Source: Prorocentrum cordatum
Lineage: Eukaryota
Assembly: GCA_963575745.1 (NCBI GenBank)
Contig: CAUYUJ010000209.1
Span: forward strand, 62,001-116,795
Direction: 5' to 3'
Length of the DNA: 54,795 nt
The translations under genes were made by a program, and so were the position numbers. The notes beneath the pieces are model-generated. The model did no database searches and had not been told where the DNA came from. It was given only the letters and a program-made list of their open reading frames with translations. Position 1 is the stretch's first letter, and every line of letters starts with the position of its first letter. Positions 37,028 through 47,505 of the stretch are shown here, in pieces.

Positions 37028-40000
37028 CTGGGCACAGGCTCGAGGCGCCCGAGTCTGGTTACGCAGGGGCTCGCTTCGCCACGTCGGGCGGGCGGGGCCC
37101 CAGCGGGTGGGCCTGGCTGGCCGCCACCCCAACAAGTTGGGCCGGCGGGCCAGGAAGGCGGGCGGGCGGGCGGGCTTTCCAGCATGCGAGCGAGCTGGCT
37201 TCAACGGGTGGAGCCTCACGAGCAGCGGGTGAAACAGAAGAGGTGGGCGGCGAAGCGTCCCGGGCGGGACGATCTGGGCGAAGGGAGCTGGGCGAAGCGA
37301 GGCCCGATCGAAGCGAGCCAGGCGAAACGAGCCATGCGAAGCGAGCCTGGCAGAGCGAGCCCAGGCGAAGCGTCCCCGAGAAGCGAGCCTCGGGCAAAGC
37401 GAGCTGGGCGAAGCAAGCAGGGCGAAGCGATACCCAGGCGAAGCGCGTCTACCCGTCTATTCCCCTATGGCCTTCGCGTGTGGGGACGTTGGCGGCACGA
37501 CGATGTCCACCAGCGCCCATATGCCCGATATCAGCATGAACCACATAACGAGCCCACTAATCTTCGCGAGCAGAAGGGCGCCGTGGAAGAAACGCCCCCA
37601 CAGCACGACGAGCACCCCGGAAAAGAAAATGCCAAAGTTCATCAGCACGGTCATCACGCCCGACCTGGAGAGACCATGAAGGTACCGATCCCGCTGCTCC
37701 CCGGACCTCTCCTGGGGTGCGCTCTGACCAGGAGGCGAATCCAGCGGTGGCGACGAGGGCCTCCCAGGAGGAGGAGGAGGAGGAGGAGGAGGAGGAGGAG
37801 GAGGAGAGAAGGAGGAGGAGGAGGAGGAGGAGAGGAGGAGGGGAGAGGAGAGGAGAAGAGGGGAAGAGGAGGAGGAGGACGAGGAAGAGGAGGGGGGAGG
37901 AGAGGAGGAGGGGGAGGAGGAGGAGGAGGAGGAGGAGGAGGAGGAGGAGGAGGAGGAGAGGGAGGAGGAGTAGGCGGAGGAGGAGTAGGCGGAGGAGGAG
38001 GGGGAGAACGAGGGAGGGGTAGCGGTGGGGGCACCTTTCCCTCCGCCTGACGACCAGGCCCCCACGCCTCCGAGCTTGTGGGGGAGCGGGCGCCGCGTAA
38101 ACTTCCACGTGAGGAGCAGGGCCCGGAAGCGCAGCGCGCAGGCGAAGTGCACGAGGCACAGGGGCACCACCATGGGCTGCAGCGTCCCGAAGAGCATCAC
38201 GAAGCCCAGGCCGATGACGAGCTGGAGCATGTTCTCGATCTGCGCCCGCATGTTGAGGGCCGGCGGCGAGCGAGGGGGGGGGGAGGCGAGGAGGAGGAGG
38301 CCCTCTCGGAGGGCTCGCGCAAGTCCCCCGGCCTTCGGGGAGGTTTGCTGAGCCCTCCCCGAAGACACGGGCAGCTTCTCAGGAGGCGCGAGGGCTTCTG
38401 AAGAGTCCCGCCGCCTTCTGAGAAGGCCTTCTCCTTCTCGCTTCCCCCCTCGCTCGCCGCCGAGAAGGGCGTGTACTTCGACTGCTCCTCCAAGAATGAT
38501 CGGTGCTTCACGCTGCCGTCCTCGCTCGTGCTTTTCTGAAGCTTGTAGTCCTCCCACCGCAGCACGAGCCACACTTGCACCGCCTCGAGCACGCTGAGGC
38601 CGATGCTGCAGGCCAGAAGGATACCCACCAGCATGCTCACCTGCCTCTGCAGGGCCAGGAAGCAACCAGCCTCAGGGCAATGCCCAGACACCAGCTGGCT
38701 GAAAGCCACGGATACGCAGGGCCAATAATTGTTCACGGCCTGGAACAGAAACTGACCCCACACCCAGCTGTCATGGTAATCCTGGTCATACTTGTGATTC
38801 TCCATCTCGACGAGCCTGGCAGAAAGCGCATTGTACAGCAGCTCGGAAATCTTCACGATGATACTGAGCCACAGAGACGCAACCAGATCGAGGTCTCCCC
38901 GATGGATGTGGACCCAGGTCCCTGATATTAGCATCACCGCGGCACAGCAGACGAGAGTGATGCAGACTGACAAGACTCGCAGGCCGACTGCCGTTTTAAA
39001 AGGCGCATTCTCTTCCATAAGGTTCCCGTCGACATCCGACTTCATGAAAACGCCCTTGAAGCTCGGGCGAATGATTTGGTCGATGGCATCTTGCTCGTTC
39101 CACAGCGTCTTGAAATACTCTTCGTCTCGCCTCCACAGGTTCGCCATGACCCTCGCCCAGGCAAGTATGAGGATGGAGAACGGCATGAGCTGCCTCTCTG
39201 GGACGACCGTGCGATCCCCAAGCCGTACACCGACGTCGACCCCGAGCAGTTGCACGGCGAGGCGGACCGGAACGAACTTCAAGACGGTGATCAGGATCGC
39301 TGCCACGCTGAGGCATACCAGGCCCTTGGACCAGGGCTGAACCTAAACGGTTTTTTTGTTTTCGTTTTGTTGTCGTTTTCCCTCGCACTTGTCTCGAATC
39401 CACCTCCACCGCAAAACGAAATCAAAACGAAAACGGCCCACGAAATCGCCAAAACACCGTTTAGGTCCAGCCCTGCCTTGGACCACACGCCCTGCCACAC
39501 GAAGCCGAACGCCAGCTGCGAGCCGTAGTACTCCCCCACGAGCGGAATGGGCTGCACAAAGCTCAGGTCCGTCACCACCTCCAGCGGCGCCCAGGTGTCC
39601 CGCAGCCTGTTCAGCCACAGCTCGCTGTGGCACGGGTACCAATCTGTGACGATGCCGACGTCCTTGACAGCTTCGAGGTTGAGGAATCGTGTGAGTTCGA
39701 GCTGGATAACACGGATGCGCGCCGAGCCGCTCATGACCGAGCCTTCGACGCCACTGTCGCGGTATAGCCGGTACAGTGCCCGCTCATCAGGCTCGTCGAT
39801 TGCGTTGGCCTTGAACAGCGACTTGACGAGCCTTTGATCGTAGCGCAAGAACGGAGGCGACGATTGTGGATCCCGTGGGTCCTGAAGGATCTTAAGTCGT
39901 TCTACCACCGCGTGCGTCGTCTGGAGCTCAACGTTCCCCCGCTGGAGGTAATGTGAGACGACCTCCGGCCGGTTGAGGCTGATGCAAAGAAACAACTCGT

Positions 40001-41448
40001 CGCCATCGATAGAACTGAACAGGTTCACGGAGAAACCAAGGAGCGGCAATGACCTACACATGTCCTTCAGGACAAGGATCCTCAGCTCCCCCATAGTTAT
40101 GTCCAAGGCCTCGCCGACCGTGCTCCTGATGCGACGCAGGGCCTTCTCCGCGGCCGTGGCGCGCGACACCTTGAGATCGTGGTCTCTGATGACGGTCTCG
40201 ATCCCTTGGAAGAAGCCCTGGTCCGGCCGGTGAGCCAAGGCACCCTGCAGCATTTCGCGCGTGACGAGCTTGTCCCTGTCGTGCTGCAGCTCGTAGCTCG
40301 GATGGGGAAACACGAAAACGACGTCGGCATGCATATGGAACTTGTTTGTCGACTCCTGACTGGCATCTAGCTTCTGCGCATGGGCCGCGTCTTCCCATGT
40401 GACGCTCGACGTGGACGTGGTGGTGGCCTCGATTTGCCGCCGCCAAGCTCGAGGGGTGAGGATCTGCGCCACCGTCGCCGTCTCCGTCTTCGGCCGCGAG
40501 TGGTCGTCCCCAAAGTGATGATGCTCCTCGTGGTCGTGCGTATAGAAGAACATGAAGTATACAGTACCCCACAAGATGCCACTGACCACAATGACGGGCA
40601 GGGTCAACGTGCTGCTCGTTCGCGCCTCCATCCCTGGCATCAGCCGCTCGATAAGGTGCAGGTTTGAGATGAACATGTGCCTCATGCCAGATGGGAGCCT
40701 GCGGAAGTCGTCGATGCACTCCCTGAACCTCTGCTTCACGCCATCCACGATCGAGGCGTCGCCCTCCAAGATCGCCTTCTTCACGTCGTCGGGATCGAGA
40801 TCATGCTCATCGGGAATGTCCACGTCAACGTGGCCGGGAAGATCCGGCAGCGGAGGCTCAGTCGTGCCGGCAAGGGGAGCGCCCGCGTGCAGTCGTAGAC
40901 CTGAGGAAGAGCCGCGGGCGGGGGGGGGAACCAGCTCAGTGGGGGGGAATCAGCGATACACGTCGTTCATTTCTGATCGTGCTCATTTCTGATCGTGCTC
41001 GTCTCTAACGGTTCCTGGCCCCCCAGTGGCCAGGAAGAGGCCCAGGACAGAACCGTCAGAAATGGAAGGATCTCGACCCCCCAAAAAATTGGAGGAACTT
41101 TCGAAAAATCAGAGAGGAACAACGTGCACGTCGCCAAAACCTCGGCGATATACACCCCCGACGGAAAATCCGCACCCTCCCGGGCTTGGTAGGCTGTCGG
41201 GGCCCCGGCGGCGGAGAAAGTGGGGCCGTCGGGGGACGGGGCGCCCCCGCGGAGCCGATCTCTCCCCCCCGAGCGCGCTCCCCCCGAAGACCGCGGCGGC
41301 CCAGGAGAGCGGCCACCGCCCCGGCGGGGGGTAGCGACCCGGGCGCGGCGTGCGGCTCGGAGGCGTGCCCCGGGCCCCGGGGCTCCCCGAACGGGGCCGC
41401 CGTGCGGGCGAGGAGGCACAGCGCCAGGCACCGGAGGGAGTGCTCCAT
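36581..41448 (-). CDS. Anoctamin/TMEM16-family membrane protein, 6-exon model, about 1090 aa
   Basis: Anoctamin motifs occur in order: QPIPLVGEYYGSQLAFGFVWQG, LWRRDEEYFKTLW, IRPSFKG, ENHKYDQDYHDSWVWGQFLFQAVNNY, C..GCFLALQRQV, ENMLQLVIGLGFVMLF, RRPLPHKLGGVGAW. Exons 41448-41292, 40900-39477, 39324-38458, 38239-38055, 37664-37472 and 37027-36581 are phase-consistent and sum to 3273 nt. The exon 3/4 junction is uncertain. Confidence 0.88.
37472..37664 (-). CDS. Anoctamin exon 5 (TM9-TM10)
   Basis: Acceptor ctccAG|G, two hydrophobic segments (SGVMTVLMNFGIFFSGVLVVLWG and ISGLVMWFMLISGIWALVDIVVP), donor AAG|GC. Confidence 0.8.
37666..38050. mobile_element. TG...GA element with 5-bp TSD forming intron 4 (37665-38054, GT-AG), carrying a (GGA)n tract
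   Basis: TSD cgacc at 37661-37665 and 38051-38055. Both ends are homologous to the copy at 6433-6575. Confidence 0.85.
38055..38239 (-). CDS. Anoctamin exon 4 (TM7-TM8)
   Basis: IENMLQLVIGLGFVMLF...RRPLPHKLGGVGAW. The 5' boundary is uncertain (38239-38259). Donor TG|GT. Confidence 0.82.
38260..38463. mobile_element. 204-bp MITE interrupting anoctamin between TM6 and TM7
   Basis: Perfect 19-bp TIRs cggcggcgagcgagggggg (38261-38279 / 38444-38462). Near-TSD gaggg/gaagg. Removing 209 nt restores the frame. Confidence 0.85.
38458..39324 (-). CDS. Anoctamin exon 3 (TM1-TM6)
   Basis: Lies in the frame of ORF 38197..39306 and contains ENHK...FLFQAVNNY. The 3' boundary is uncertain (38458-38468). 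Confidence 0.85.
39332..39475. mobile_element. 144-bp hAT-like MITE forming intron 2 (39325-39476, GC-AG)
   Basis: 19-bp TIRs cagggctgaacctaaacgg / ccgtttaggtccagccctg (1 mismatch). Perfect 8-bp TSD ccttggac at 39324-39331 and 39476-39483. Confidence 0.93.
39477..40900 (-). CDS. Anoctamin exon 2 (extra TM, cytosolic N-domain, start of TM1)
   Basis: Lies in the frame of ORF 39291..40823. Acceptor tcttcctcAG|G, donor AAG|GC, contains the QPIPLVGEYYG motif. Confidence 0.88.
40902..41287. mobile_element. TG...GA element with 5-bp TSD forming intron 1 (40901-41291, GT-AG)
   Basis: TSD agacc at 40897-40901 and 41288-41292, degenerate terminal inverted repeats, sibling copy at 31924-32145. Confidence 0.8.
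41292..41448 (-). CDS. Anoctamin exon 1 (signal-peptide-like N-terminus)
   Basis: Starts ATG with MEHSLRCLALCLLARTAAPFG. The G|GT donor at 41291 is phase 1 and matches the acceptor at 40901. Confidence 0.65.
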
Positions 41449-41560
41449 GGTCGGCCGGGAGGCGCAGGGAGCTGCACGGGCGGGCTCGTGGCGTGTCCGT
41501 CGGGGTCGTTAGGTATCATGTCCTCTTCATTGCGTGGTAGAACTGCGGCATCGAGACGCG

Positions 41561-41588
41561 CTCGAGCCGACTTGAGATAAAATAACGG
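41561..41588 (-). other. Relic dinoflagellate spliced-leader sequence(s) upstream of the anoctamin ATG
   Basis: Minus strand reads ccgttattttatctcaag-tcggctcgag versus DinoSL CCGTAGCCATTTTGGCTCAAG (11/15 at the 3' end plus a partial second copy), about 115-140 nt before the ATG. Confidence 0.55.
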
Positions 41589-42047
41589 ACGCACACACAC
41601 ACACTGACAGACAGACAGACGGACGTGCGCGCAGACGCACACACGCAGACAACCACGCAGACAACCACGCACACACACACACACGAACACCCGCACACAA
41701 GCACAGACACACACGCACACAAACAAACAAACAAACAAACAAACAAACAAACAAACAAACATCATGAACCAGCGAGCAGGGGGACGCCGTCCGGCCGGGG
41801 ATCAATGTTGGCACATGCGGTGTGCTATGTTGCGGCCACGTGTATACAATAGCTGCAATACCGCACACACACACACGCACATTATCCTCCTGCGCAGCGT
41901 TGTCGTAACGATTGGTCGCAGACTGAAGGGACACATCAGCATAAATTGCAATCGCACGCGTGACGCTCGTGCTGAAGACAAGGAACGTTCTCGCCTGGGT
42001 TACGGGCGACCCGAAACGAAATGTACAAAGCGAGAAACAGAAAAATA

Positions 42048-42282
42048 GTGTTTGGGCCTGATGACCCAACTATCCCAGAGCATTTGATGCATCCTCTTCA
42101 TGATCTCCTAGCTCAATAGACCCCTTGACAACGGTCTTTGGAATGCTATGCTCCTTAACGCTGACGGACGACATGGCGGCGCGCGCGCCACTCCATTTTT
42201 CCACCTACGAAGCACCAGCTGCGTTCCGCAAAGTAACTTGAGCCAAACGCGCGCGGCGGCACCCGCATGGAGGGCAGAAGAA
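42048..42282 (-). pseudogene. Truncated 5' end of an unknown gene with SL-like motif, copy 1
   Basis: TTTGGCTCAAG at 42247-42237, GCCGCCATG at 42174, MSSVSVKEHSIPKTVVKGSIELGDHEEDA then a stop. Homologous to 47506-47735. Confidence 0.5.
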
Positions 42283-45049
42283 AGCAGCAAGGAGCAAAAG
42301 GGGTTGCCCCCCCCCCCCCCCCCCTCGCGTCGGCGACCCGGCCAGCCGCACCTCAGTATGCCGGCCTTCAACACACCGCGCCATGGAGCGCCAACCCCAA
42401 AAAGATTACACCGCGCTCACCATCCGCAAAGTCCCTAAAAATGCCGCAGCTGCAAAGGCGGTCGCTCGACGGACCCGCAGTGCGCCAGGAACGCGGGGCG
42501 CCCAGAGCTGATCGCTCATTCGACTATGTCGCCCCGCAGCTCGCGACGACCTCGATTGCCTTTTCGACCAACCGTCTTTCTTGCGCTTCCTGCCAAATTC
42601 CTTGTCGGAAGCGCGCGCCCGCGACGACTTGCCAAACCCACCTTCCATTTACTGTCGCGCCATCCGCTCCCCGAGCTCTGTTCGCCACCACTGGCGCTGC
42701 TCGCTTTATGGCACCTGCCCCTGCCGCGAGCTCCAGTCGCCACCGCTAGCACTGCCTGCTTCGACAGCCCTGGCCCACAATCTCTCGCCCTCTTTTCCAC
42801 GGCTCTTGCTGGCATCGCTGCCCCAGCGACCGTTGTTAGACCAAGATGTATTCCAACCACCTTTGCCTCCGACCTCGTTTCCACCACGCGCCCCCCCCTC
42901 CTCGGGGCAGGCGCTTTCCACTCGCCGCGCCCGCGGCCCCCTTGTCCCCCCCCCCCCACCCGCCCTCAATCACGCCCGGAATCCGGGTCTGGGCCGGGGC
43001 CAACATAACCACCTATGCCCGACCCCCGCGGTGGCGGAGGGGGGCAACGCAAACCTGCCAGCCGCCGACGCGGCGGCAGAGTGCAAGTGCGGATTGACTC
43101 CCCAATTCATGTAGCTAATTCTCATCCAGATAGCATTCGTGGTCAACCACATCCGGCGCTCCTCGATCGCTCGACCCATTCATTCTCATCTCGAGAACCT
43201 GCGGATCGATCAGCGTCGCCAACATCCCATTCCCCTCCGAGGATGCCTGATTCTTCTCTCGCAGCAAAACCAGCGGGCAGGACCGCGCCACCCTTCAATC
43301 CCTCTCGCGGGGAGAGGCAAATCGACCCATTCATGACGCCGCCTCCACAACGCATGCGCCTGTCAACATCTCCCCGTGATACTTCTGCATGCCACGCACA
43401 ACGGCGTCGCGGAACGCGCGGTCCATCTTGCCGTCGTCCTGCACGGTCGCAGGGTCAGCACACGAATGGGACGCATCCATCACAACGCGAAATATCTCTC
43501 GCGCAAACAATCCTTATCGCCAAGATGCCACGGCGCACGCTCTTCTTCACCCGTCAGGTCCCAGTCGGGTTCATCTTGCGCCGCAGTCGCGGTCAGGTTC
43601 GTCGATTAATTAGGCCGCGGCCACCTCGCCCGAAACGCACTTCATCGGAATGGGAAACTCCCTCGCCCCCTCCGGCCCAGACAGGCGACTGGCCAGTTGC
43701 CGGGAGCGTCACAGTCTCGCAATCGGCACTGTGCACCCCCATTGCGAGTCGCAGCCTGGTTGGGCACGGTATCTTCCAGCGCCCGTTCAAGCCCGTGATG
43801 GTCAGCGCGTGCTTCATTGAACTCGGGCGCAACGTCTCGCCTCGTGGCGGGGAGCGTTAAGTACCCGCTTTTTTCGCGGCATTTTCCCAACTGCGAGCCA
43901 AATCTACGATTGTACCTCAATTCGAATCGACTCCTTTCTGGGAGACCCACACTGCCCGGCCATCACTTACAAGGCGAAATTCCCCTGCCCCCCAGGGTCG
44001 GCAAAGTCCCAGTCGAACACGCCCAGGGAGCCGGAATCTAGGGCATTGGGACTCGCGTCGATTAGGGAACAACGTTCTGGACGCTGACTCGATTTCAAGA
44101 AGGGCAGCCTTCGCGCGCAATTGAACCCCCTGGACAGCTTGCCGAACTTCCTCCAACAGGGCAGAGAACAAGCCACTGGCATGCGCTGCTGAAGCCCCGG
44201 GGCCCACGCGAAATACGCGGCGGCGGCGTCTCTCTTTCACGCTCGTCTCAAGAATCGCGAGCGCCGCGACCCGCGCGCGGCAGACGACAGCGCCCAATGG
44301 TCTTTCATCTGCTTGTCTAGACTGTTCGCTCTGGGGGACAACTGCATGTACAAGTTTGTATCGTCGGGGCGGGGCCCCCGGGTTGGTCGCGGCAACCGAC
44401 GTCGAGCCCGGCCCCGCACCCGCCGGGATGGGCGCCGCCACCAGCGGTTTGACCCCATCGGGCGCACTGCAAAATCTGGCGAACTTACGTCTGGAACCGC
44501 CGGTTGTTCGCGACGCGCGCGCGGCGAGAGCCCCAGGTACCAGCTGCCCCAACCCCAAAAGGCCCCCCATTTCTAAGGACTCCACCCAGAAGCGCTCAGG
44601 CGCGCTCACCCATGAAATTGTTGCACCTGTTCAGTTTCATGTCATGAGCCGCAGACACCTCGCTGAAGAGCGGGCTCAAATTTAGGGGCGCACCACCCAA
44701 CCCCACTTAGATGGGCGGCGGCACTGCGAGATGATCTTAGATGATAGCGAAAAAGGGGTCATAGTTCTAACTCCCTCGCATCATCTCGCATCATCCTCGC
44801 ATCATCTCGCGTCACCTTACACCATGGATCATCATAGATCATCTGCGCCGGTCATACTCAGAAGATGGCGAGCCTGGCATACATATTATCTCTTTGGGAC
44901 ATCATCCGGCAAAGTTGCGGCGCTTGGGCCCGCTAGTTATCATCTATGTGGCGTAGTTATGCAAAGTTATCATCCCCGCTATACAGGGGTTATAACTTGT
45001 TGTGATCTTGCACGATCTTACCTCGCATCTTCTGCTATCTTGCCCCGTT

Positions 45050-45790
45050 GGGGGTCGGCCACCCGCTGACGCGCCATCGTCCCCGCTGGGGGTCGGCGAC
45101 CCGCTGACACGCCAGTGGCCCCAACGGGGTCGCCGATCCGCCCACGCGCCATCGGCCCCGAGAAGCCCGTGCCCCAGTGGGGGCCCGCTCACAAGCCAGC
45201 GGCCCTGCGGCCCCAATTTGGGTCGGCGGCCCGCTCACACGCCAGCGGCCTTAAGATGCCCGTGGCCCCGACGGGGTCGGCGGCCGGTTCACGCGCCATT
45301 AGATGCCCGTTCGCTGGTTGGTTGGTCGCTAGGTTGGCTGGTTGGTTGTGTCCCCATTGCCCTCCGAGCCTCCAAGGACCCCCCCAAGACGTCAAAATGG
45401 TTCCAAAATTCTTGACGTTTCGCGCGGCACCAGCCCATCCAGCAACAATGCCAAGGAGAGCTGACGGGGGAAGGGAGGTCGGCGCCGAGGGCGGTCGGCG
45501 GCCCGCGCACACGCCGTCGGCCCAGAAAGGCCCGTGGCCCCATTGGGGGTCGGCGGCCCGCTCACACGCCCGTGGCCCGGATGCAGGCGGGTCGGCGACC
45601 CCTTCACACGCCCGTGGCTCCGACGGGGTTGGCGACCTGCTCACACGCCCGGGGTCGGCGACCCGCGCACGCGCCAGGAGAAGCACGTGACCCCGCTAGG
45701 GGTCGGTGGCCCGCTCGCACGCCAGCGGCCCGAAGAGGCCCGTGGCCCCGACGGGGTTGGCGGCCCCCTCGCGCGCCAGCGGCAAGAAGG
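45050..45790. repeat. Minisatellite of about 36 bp (ggggtcggcgRcccgctcacacgccagtggcccc) in two blocks
   Basis: Direct reading. Confidence 0.85.
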
Positions 45791-47505
45791 CAGATCTGGG
45801 CGCAGGTGGTTTGAGGAGTGGTTTGAGGAGTTTCCTAACCCCCTTTTTCCCCTTGGGGGTGCTGCTGTTGGTGCTGTTGCTGGTGCTGGCACTGCTGGTG
45901 GTGCAGCATGGCGATGCTGCTGCTGCTGCTGCTGCTGGTGCTGCGGTGGCGTTGTTGGTTCTCGCGCTGACGGCGCTGATGCTGGCGGTGCTGCTGGCAC
46001 TGAGAAGGCGGAAAGGGGTATAGGTGAAAAAGGAGGAGGGGGAGGTGGAGGACGAGGATAGGGCGGGGGAGGCGGAGGAGAGAGAAGGGAAGAGTACGAG
46101 GATGTTGACAGGAGGAGAAGGCGGTTGAGAAGGATGATGCTGATCTGATGATGGTGATGATGGTGAGGAGGATTGTTCACGCCGCCTCGCCTTGCACCAT
46201 CAATCACGGACCTTCGAGGAGCGGGGTTCGGATGGATTCCTTGGTCTGCGCCTTTTTCTCTGCGATTATCGAAGCTTGCTCGCCCCCTCTTTTCCCGCCA
46301 CGACTTGCCCCACGCTCTGCAACGTTGCCCCCTGTAGATTCTCGGCGCCCAGCCTCGCGTCGCGCTGCCCGGGCCTCGCGCGTCTCAACCATAGTGGCGC
46401 CCTTGGCCCCAGCTTCAGACATCTCGACGAGTCGGGCAACCCGTTGAGCCTCAGGTTCGCCAGAGGCAGAGGCATCGCGCCCAAGCAGAAGCAAGCGCTG
46501 ATCCATTATTCGTCGAGCCTCAATCTCCCTTGCGAATTCAGCCCGGGCCTTTTCGGCCTCTGCGCGGGCCTGGCTCGCGGCAATCTCGATGCCGACTCTC
46601 GCCCGGGTCTTTTCCGCTGCCTCAGCCTGAGTATTTCTAGTTGCCGAATCTGGAGCTCCTGTCCTTTAAAAAAAAACTTCAATAGTGCGACCGAGGCCTT
46701 TGTTTTTCGAAGCTGCCTACCAGTCTGCGTTCCGCTATGCAATGGTGGCGTGGCTGGGTGGTGCAAGTCGCCCATCACATAGGAAGTTCACGCTGCAATC
46801 CTTGCCCTCGTAGGAGCCACCCAGCAGGCGGGCCGAGCACAATTCCCTGACTGCCGTGGGCATCGATATCCCGCCGTGCGACCACGCCACACCGTATATC
46901 GCTCGACGGTCCGAGATTTCCGCGTCGAGGCCAAGAGGCTGCTGGTCTATTTCCGCGTCGTCCTCTTCTCCTGTGTCGGGCAAGTGCTCGTGCTGATCGC
47001 CAAAATTGTTTTTCGCGATCCCCTTCTCCCACGCCGTCTTGAATCTCTTCCGTGGCAAATTAACGTTGTCAATCCCAGCCTGCACTTCCAATGGGAAGTC
47101 CGTCCCATACGCCGCACCGTACGCTCCTGGCACCTTCAAATAATTTTCGGCGGCGCTAACGCGAAATCGGTTTCCTGCTCGTGAGGCGGTTAGCCCCAGC
47201 CCGATTGTTACTCGGCACGCCTGGTACTGATCGTGAAATACACAAATCCCGCCACATCTGGCAGTGAGATCGCGAGGACCCTCGCTCACCGTCAGAATCT
47301 TTTTCAAAATCATGATTTGTCGCTCCAGAAATAAAAATATGATGATGCACGCCATACCTCGTTTCCCAGAGCAACGAACTCGCGAGATCGGTCAGGTTTG
47401 TCACCTGGCATCACGCCAGCACTGTCAGCTGCCTTGCGGCTGCGATGAAAGCGATCATCTGGGCCAACGCAAGGGACAACACCCTGCTCTCCTTCGGCTG
47501 GTAGA

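Noticed and set aside
37028..37471. Intron 5 as an introner
   Set aside because: GC-AG ends and internal gcgaagcga repeats are present, but there is no convincing TIR or TSD beyond AG|G.
42950..44620. Possible decayed DIRS-like or other retroelement coding region on the minus strand
   Set aside because: Only vague resemblance, many stops, and no RT or recombinase catalytic motif identifiable by eye.
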